From a virus (taxonomy: Duplodnaviria; Heunggongvirae; Uroviricota; Caudoviricetes): a stretch of 10,853 bases of DNA. How positions within the stretch are numbered: the first letter of the stretch is position 1; each line of letters begins with the position of its first letter. The translations under genes and the position numbers were made by a program. The notes under the pieces were generated by a model that saw only the letters and a list, made by a program, of their open reading frames with translations, ran no database searches and had not been told where the DNA came from. The stretch lies in IMG/VR virus record IMGVR_UViG_2695420478_000001. One strand, 5' to 3'. Of this stretch, positions 7,299 to 10,853 are shown piece after piece.

Positions 7299-7540
7299 TT
7301 GGTGAGTTCATCAAGCGCATACTTAAAAGCCCTGCTAATCGGACTGATGTCTGATGCCATTCCGAAAGCACACAAGACCGAAGCAATAAATCTCCAGTCC
7401 GTTCTGCTTATCTTCGATTCATGACAGCCAATCATCTTTGCCAGACCGCGCTGGGTAAGCGTTGACAGGTTGATAAGTAAATCTGTTTCTGCGCGATCAA
7501 CGTCGCGCTGTGATAGTTTGCTGTAACTTGTTTGTTCCAT
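7241..7540 (-). CDS. cII: CII-like transcriptional activator, 99 aa
   Basis: C-terminus ...LTNKKRPVCKTERSEQIQMEF matches the lambda CII C-terminus. The N-terminal two-thirds is divergent. Position between cro and O. Confidence 0.85.
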   Translation of the reverse strand: MEQTSYSKLSQRDVDRAETDLLINLSTLTQRGLAKMIGCHESKISRTDWRFIASVLCAFGMASDISPISRAFKYALDELTNKKRPVCKTERSEQIQMEF

Positions 7541-7579
7541 TTCTTAAGATTTCCAATAGTGAATAGTTAGTTGAAAGGT

Positions 7580-7670
7580 ATGCGTGGAAACGCATATGGC
7601 CTTAGTTGGTCAGATATCTTGGGACTCGCTTTTCAGCGACGTAGGACGAATGTCCGTTGTTACAAAGAGC
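7580..7670 (-). promoter_or_regulatory. nutR-like region: boxA-like GCTCTTTGTAACAA (7657-7670), boxB-like hairpin TCGCT-GAAA-AGCGA (7626-7639), and a possible tR1 hairpin (7580-7595)
   Basis: On the minus-strand transcript just after the cro stop. Same architecture as the nutL candidate (GCTCTTT box, small hairpin, TACG, GAAA-loop hairpin). Confidence 0.5.
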
Positions 7671-7679
7671 GGGTACTGC

Positions 7680-7898
7680 TTAGGCGGCTTTGTTACTGGA
7701 TGGAGGGAAAACATCATCCAAAGAACATTGGCACCCTAACTTCCTGAGGCCTTCTACGATCTTTCGGCAATCGTTAAGTCTAGGAGTACGGATATTCAGC
7801 TCATAGTTGGCGATGCGGGATTGCCCCCAACCAATTGCCGAAGCCAGTACAGCTTGCGAAACTCCGATTTTTTTTCGCTGCTGGGCAATTTTGTTCAT
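7680..7898 (-). CDS. cro: Cro-like helix-turn-helix (XRE-type) repressor, about 72 aa
   Basis: Helix-turn-helix motif GVSQAVLASAIGWGQSRIANYE. First gene leftward of the operator region and divergent from cI. GGGAG ribosome-binding site 7 nt upstream of the ATG at 7898. Confidence 0.7.
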   Translation of the reverse strand: MNKIAQQRKKIGVSQAVLASAIGWGQSRIANYELNIRTPRLNDCRKIVEGLRKLGCQCSLDDVFPPSSNKAA

Positions 7899-8006
7899 TG
7901 CGGTCTCCCTAGTATTAATCACACACCCATTACACACAATTTGTGATTAACAGTCAACCTCAATTCGTGTACAGAGTTCAATCACGTTGCGTGTTACATT
8001 TAAAGG
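7899..8006. promoter_or_regulatory. Right operator/promoter region (OR with divergent PR and PRM): three candidate operators of the form AATCACA-N3-TGTG (near 7915-7931, 7936-7952 and 7979-7995). PR -35 TTGACT (7952-7957, minus). PRM -10 TTACAT (7994-7999, plus).
   Basis: Intergenic region between divergent cro and cI. Dyad motifs read directly and are shared with the OL region. The PRM -10 sits so that transcription would start at or next to the cI ATG (leaderless, as for lambda cI). Confidence 0.6.
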
Positions 8007-8654
8007 ATGAAAACGATGCATGAAATTATCGGGGAAAGGATCAAGTCCCTTAGAGAAGCTAAAGGACTTAGCCAGGCTCAATTGGCCAAGCTTTGCGGCT
8101 GGGCTGCGCCTTCACGCCTGGGGAACTACGAGTTAGGAACAAGAAAGGTTAGCGCGGATGACGCGCTGGTTCTTGGGGCGGCACTCGGCGTATCTCCGGC
8201 AAAAATAATGTTTGGCGAGGATTCAGACGCTGTATTTCGCCAATATGAGTACCCGTTATTTTCTTCAGTGCAGGCCGGGCCGTTTTCGGAGGTTGGAAGC
8301 TACACAGCAAGCGATGCAAAGGCATGGGTCCCAACGACCACAAAAGCCAGCGAAAAAGCTTTCTGGCTTGAGGTGAAAGGCCATTCTATGACTGCGCCAC
8401 AGGGCGTAAGGCCGAGTTTTCCTGAGGGTATGCTGATACTCGTTGATCCGGCCGAGCCGGTAGAGTCTGGGGATTTCTGCGTGGCTTCTGCAAATGGTGA
8501 TTCAGAGGCAACGTTCAAGAAGTATGAGAAGGATGCAGGGGTTAGTTACTTGGTTCCATTGAATCCGGCATACAGAACCCTGGACTGCGATCACACATGC
8601 CGCATCATAGGCAAGGTAGTTAAGGCTCAGTGGCCTGAAGAGACGTTTGGATGA
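8007..8654 (+). CDS. cI: CI prophage repressor (N-terminal helix-turn-helix, C-terminal LexA/S24-type autocleavage domain), 212-215 aa
   Basis: Helix-turn-helix motif [23 protein letters not shown]-terminal domain with Ser (KGHSM) and Lys (FKKY) catalytic-dyad context. Divergent from cro. The start may be the second ATG at 8016. Confidence 0.9.
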   Translation: MKTMHEIIGERIKSLREAKGLSQAQLAKLCGWAAPSRLGNYELGTRKVSADDALVLGAALGVSPAKIMFGEDSDAVFRQYEYPLFSSVQAGPFSEVGSYTASDAKAWVPTTTKASEKAFWLEVKGHSMTAPQGVRPSFPEGMLILVDPAEPVESGDFCVASANGDSEATFKKYEKDAGVSYLVPLNPAYRTLDCDHTCRIIGKVVKAQWPEETFG

Positions 8655-8704
8655 TGGATGGTCGCAGAGATGCTCGTAGAGCATACAGCGATGCAGGAGA
8701 ATTT

Positions 8705-9139
8705 ATGGCACTTAATTTAGAAAGAATATCTTTTATAACCCCATTTGATAGCAGCGAAGAACCCAACCAACCGACGCTTAATTTTACATGCAATGAATTT
8801 CCTGCGCGGCTATCGATTGATTTCAGGGTTGGTATGATCGGGTTGAAACCAAATTCAAGATATAATTTGGGTATTATGGTAATCCCCGCGCACCTAATTA
8901 TAAAAAAAGGTGAGGAAATTCAATTCCCTGACGGCTCTTCGGAATCAGTTTCACTTTTCATCGATACGAAAGATAGCCATTTTGAAACAGGGGTTGGCGG
9001 ACAGGTAATAGTAACATTGAAAGAAATTAGGGTCCCAGCTAAAGGGCTGTATAGTGTTATAGGGATATTGCAAGATAATGAAGACCCTAAAAATGAACTT
9101 CATAAAAATGAATCATTTTTCACCGTAGAGCTATTATGA
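8705..9139 (+). CDS. Hypothetical small soluble protein (144 aa), first gene of the cI-linked AT-rich cargo cassette
   Basis: ATG at 8705 with an AGGAG ribosome-binding site 6 nt upstream. Same strand as cI. No recognisable motif. AT-rich composition. Confidence 0.6.
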   Translation: MALNLERISFITPFDSSEEPNQPTLNFTCNEFPARLSIDFRVGMIGLKPNSRYNLGIMVIPAHLIIKKGEEIQFPDGSSESVSLFIDTKDSHFETGVGGQVIVTLKEIRVPAKGLYSVIGILQDNEDPKNELHKNESFFTVELL

Positions 9140-9756
9140 GTGACGACAGTAATTTAAATAATCATGGAAAGCAAGACACCAACATATCTGAAAGCCGGAG
9201 GTTGAAGGTTGTTGGCGGTTCCGATTTTGAGGCTGAATTTGATAATTCTCCCACCAAGGTGCAAAATAATTACATAAAACCGCCACAAACGGAGGAAGAA
9301 GTGGGAACGATCAGCAGAGAGGAACTTGATGCTCGCTTAGCTGCTAATAAAGCAGAGATGGAGTCTATTGCTTCTTCCATTAGGACTGACATGGCTCTAT
9401 CTCGTGAAAGCGTTAATGTCCAATTTGCATCACTTAATGCAGCCATAAGCTCTCTATCGTCCAAGATCGATGGAAAGATGGATAGCGCTGCTGGCGATAT
9501 AAAAGCAATTAATGGGAGATTCGAAGGAATTCAAGGACAAATAACAGGGGTTAATACCGCAATTAGTGGTGTTCAGTCGGGTATTTCTATACGATTAGCC
9601 ATTTTTAGTGTCATTATCGCTGTAATAGTTGCGATTCCCGGGCTGGTATCAGCTTTAAAGTCAGACCACGCACCTTTGCAACAGCCTTCCACTTTGCAAG
9701 CGCCGCCACAAAATACCCAGCCAACAGACAACAAAAAAATCACTCCCCAGCATTAA
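9136..9756 (+). CDS. Hypothetical tail-anchored membrane protein (206 aa): polar N-terminus, predicted coiled-coil, single C-terminal transmembrane helix, Pro/Gln-rich tail
   Basis: ATG overlaps the upstream stop (ATGA at 9136-9139). Hydrophobic segment IRLAIFSVIIAVIVAIPGLVSAL near the C-terminus. Followed by a strong terminator. Confidence 0.7.
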   Translation: MSDDSNLNNHGKQDTNISESRRLKVVGGSDFEAEFDNSPTKVQNNYIKPPQTEEEVGTISREELDARLAANKAEMESIASSIRTDMALSRESVNVQFASLNAAISSLSSKIDGKMDSAAGDIKAINGRFEGIQGQITGVNTAISGVQSGISIRLAIFSVIIAVIVAIPGLVSALKSDHAPLQQPSTLQAPPQNTQPTDNKKITPQH

Positions 9757-9764
9757 CGCATTAA

Positions 9765-9788
9765 CCCGGCCTCAGCGCCGGGTTTTTT
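9765..9788 (+). terminator. Intrinsic terminator ending the cI cargo operon (stem cccggc/gccggg, 6-T run)
   Basis: acccggcctcagcgccgggttttttgtt, a GC-rich hairpin followed by a T-run 9 nt after the stop codon. Confidence 0.8.
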
Positions 9789-10026
9789 GTTGCCTGCACA
9801 TAACTATCAGGACAGCACCTGCCAGCCAGCCCAAGCCTCTGATTAAATTACTATAATTCTTAATACAACTCCCATATCCCGCCATCTCGTCACCACCTAC
9901 TTCGCTCGTTTTTCGAACTTTTCAGCACACCATCCTGCTGTTTCCCCCGCCTTAAGTAAGCAAACCCATCGCGGGGAAAACTATTTACACAAAAAAATCA
10001 TACACATAACGTGTCACACCCTTATT

Positions 10027-10073
10027 TTACACATTTTGTGATTGACCATTAAATCACAATATGTGACTATTAT
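10027..10073 (+). promoter_or_regulatory. Left operator/promoter (OL/PL): -35 TTGACC (10042-10047), 17-nt spacer, -10 GACTAT (10065-10070). Operators at about 10027-10043 and 10052-10068.
   Basis: Same AATCACA-N3-TGTG dyads as in OR. Positioned upstream of nutL and N. Confidence 0.5.
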
Positions 10074-10117
10074 TTCCATCAGCAGGACGCTGGTAGCCAA
10101 ACGGAAAAGATTGGCAG

Positions 10118-10164
10118 GCTCTTTAAACAACGTCGAACACTCGACTACGTGGCTGAAAAGCCAG
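10118..10164 (+). promoter_or_regulatory. nutL-like site: boxA-like GCTCTTTAAACAA (10118-10130), small hairpin GTCGA-ACAC-TCGAC, boxB-like hairpin TGGCT-GAAA-AGCCA (about 10150-10163)
   Basis: Read directly. Lies between PL and the N start. Architecture repeated at nutR. Confidence 0.55.
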
Positions 10165-10261
10165 ATCACCCAACCACATAAGCTGTGGGATGCAATGCCG
10201 AAGCAACCGTCTCAGGAGGAGCTTCGAGATTGCATCGCCAAAGTTTATTCGGGAGGAATCT

Positions 10262-10534
10262 ATGTCCAGAAAAACAGAATTTAAAGGCACCGCAGCTTCT
10301 CGCCGTAGAGCTCGTCGCGCAAACCTGCAAAGTCAGGAGTCGATTAGCTCCGACAAGCTACACAGGCCAACCCCTTCACGAGTGGTCTTGCAATGCAAGC
10401 GCAAACCAGCAATGAGAGCAGAAGTTATAACTCTGACAACGTTGACCAGAAAATATGAAGGTTCAACTTGTCTTCCAAACGTAGCCATTTACGCTGCAGG
10501 CTACCGTAAATCCAAACAACTGACAGCAAGATGA
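10262..10534 (+). CDS. N: N-type transcription antiterminator (P22 gene 24-like) with an arginine-rich motif, 90 aa
   Basis: Start MSRKTEF... with a GGAGG ribosome-binding site (gggaggaatctATG). Arginine-rich motif GTAASRRRARRANLQ. C-terminus ...LPNVAIYAAGYRKSKQLTAR resembles the P22 gp24 C-terminus as recalled. Confidence 0.8.
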   Translation: MSRKTEFKGTAASRRRARRANLQSQESISSDKLHRPTPSRVVLQCKRKPAMRAEVITLTTLTRKYEGSTCLPNVAIYAAGYRKSKQLTAR

Positions 10535-10595
10535 CTTGTGTTGGTCGCCAGAAAATGAAATTAGGCAGCAAACCACTTATTTGAGAGGAATTAAT

Positions 10596-10802
10596 ATGTC
10601 ATCAATCCGCTTAACTACGAGAATGAAAGAGGAAATCGCTCGTAACGCTTTAATTAAGTCCGGGGTGTTCACTGAACTTGAAGAAGTAACAAAGTTAAAG
10701 AACCAGCTTGCACTTGACGCCAGAGTTATTGCGTTTGGCGGGAAAAAGAAAACTGAACCGCCCCGGGAATCCTGGAGACTAAACTTCCTGAGAAAGAGGT
10801 AA
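10596..10802 (+). pseudogene. Early-left hypothetical gene (68-aa reading frame) disrupted by an IS insertion: codons from about 10754 onward are IS-derived
   Basis: Good ribosome-binding site (gagaggaattaatATG). The last 16 codons (TEPPRESWRLNFLRKR) are encoded by the IS left end that begins TGAACCGCCCCGGG at 10754. Confidence 0.5.
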
Positions 10803-10853
10803 ACAGGATGACTAAAAATACTCGTTTTTCCCCTGAAGTCCGTCAACGGGCAG
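10754..10853 (+). mobile_element. Left end of an IS3-family insertion sequence (IS629/IS1203-like), partial; continues beyond the window
   Basis: Terminal sequence TGAACCGCCCCGGGAATCCTGGAGACTAAACTTCC..., then orfA starting MTKNTRFSPEVRQRA, which I recognise as the IS629-type OrfA N-terminus. Confidence 0.7.
10808..10853 (+). CDS. IS3-family transposase OrfA, N-terminal fragment (MTKNTRFSPEVRQRA...), partial
   Basis: ATG at 10808 preceded by AGAGG. The protein N-terminus matches IS629-group OrfA from memory. Confidence 0.7.
   Translation, partial: MTKNTRFSPEVRQRA

Noticed and set aside
8149-8684. Minus-strand ORFs antisense to cI and the cargo genes (8149..8343, 8300..8518, 8502..8684, 9270..9464)
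   Set aside because: Antisense to strongly supported plus-strand genes. No start context.
9772-9885. 37-aa minus-strand small ORF with a hydrophobic core (MAGYGSCIKNYSNLIRGLGWLAGAVLIVMCRQQKTRR) in the region between the cI-operon terminator and OL
   Set aside because: Weak ribosome-binding site, stop codon inside the terminator stem of the convergent operon, and no supporting promoter. Could be a small membrane peptide, but the evidence is insufficient to call.
10042-10284. 80-aa plus-strand ORF spanning PL, nutL and the N ribosome-binding site
   Set aside because: It starts at a TTG inside the PL -35, runs across the nut site and overlaps the N start. It is more plausibly the untranslated N leader. 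The out-of-frame ORF 10185..10415 is likewise rejected as an alternative frame of N.
10577-10846. 89-aa minus-strand ORF across the IS junction
   Set aside because: Antisense to the truncated early gene and the IS end. A chimeric reading frame created by the insertion is unlikely to be a gene.

Overview
This window is the central control region of a mosaic lambdoid prophage (enterobacterial, E. coli-type), read in reverse relative to the standard lambda map. All protein matches are from recall of the lambda, P22 and IS families, not from a search.

Layout:
- Early-right operon on the minus strand (7898 down to 661): cro-like repressor, nutR, cII, O with the replication origin inside it, P, ren, a nin region, then antiterminator Q. 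The nin region carries a Lar-like anti-restriction protein, NinB, an orphan N6-adenine methyltransferase, NinE, a Roi-like protein, a Rha/ANT antirepressor, NinG and NinH.
- oop antisense RNA on the plus strand, overlapping the cII 3' end.
- Immunity region on the plus strand: operator/promoter region, a cI repressor (LexA/S24-type), then two AT-rich cargo genes and a strong terminator.
- Early-left operon on the plus strand: OL/PL, nutL and a P22 gp24-like N antiterminator, followed by one gene that is cut by an IS3-family element (IS629-like left end) running off the window.
- Downstream of Q (minus strand): a promoter overlapping the Q stop codon, a Hok/Gef-family toxin gene, and a perfect 7-bp tandem repeat (17 or more copies) that abuts a ribosome-binding site and ATG.

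Most notable candidates:
1. The two-gene cassette after cI, in the position lambda uses for rexAB. It encodes a small soluble protein and a tail-anchored coiled-coil membrane protein, neither of which I recognise. It is a candidate undescribed lysogen-expressed exclusion or abortive-infection module.
2. The heptanucleotide repeat at the start of a putative gene, which has the architecture of a phase-variable switch.
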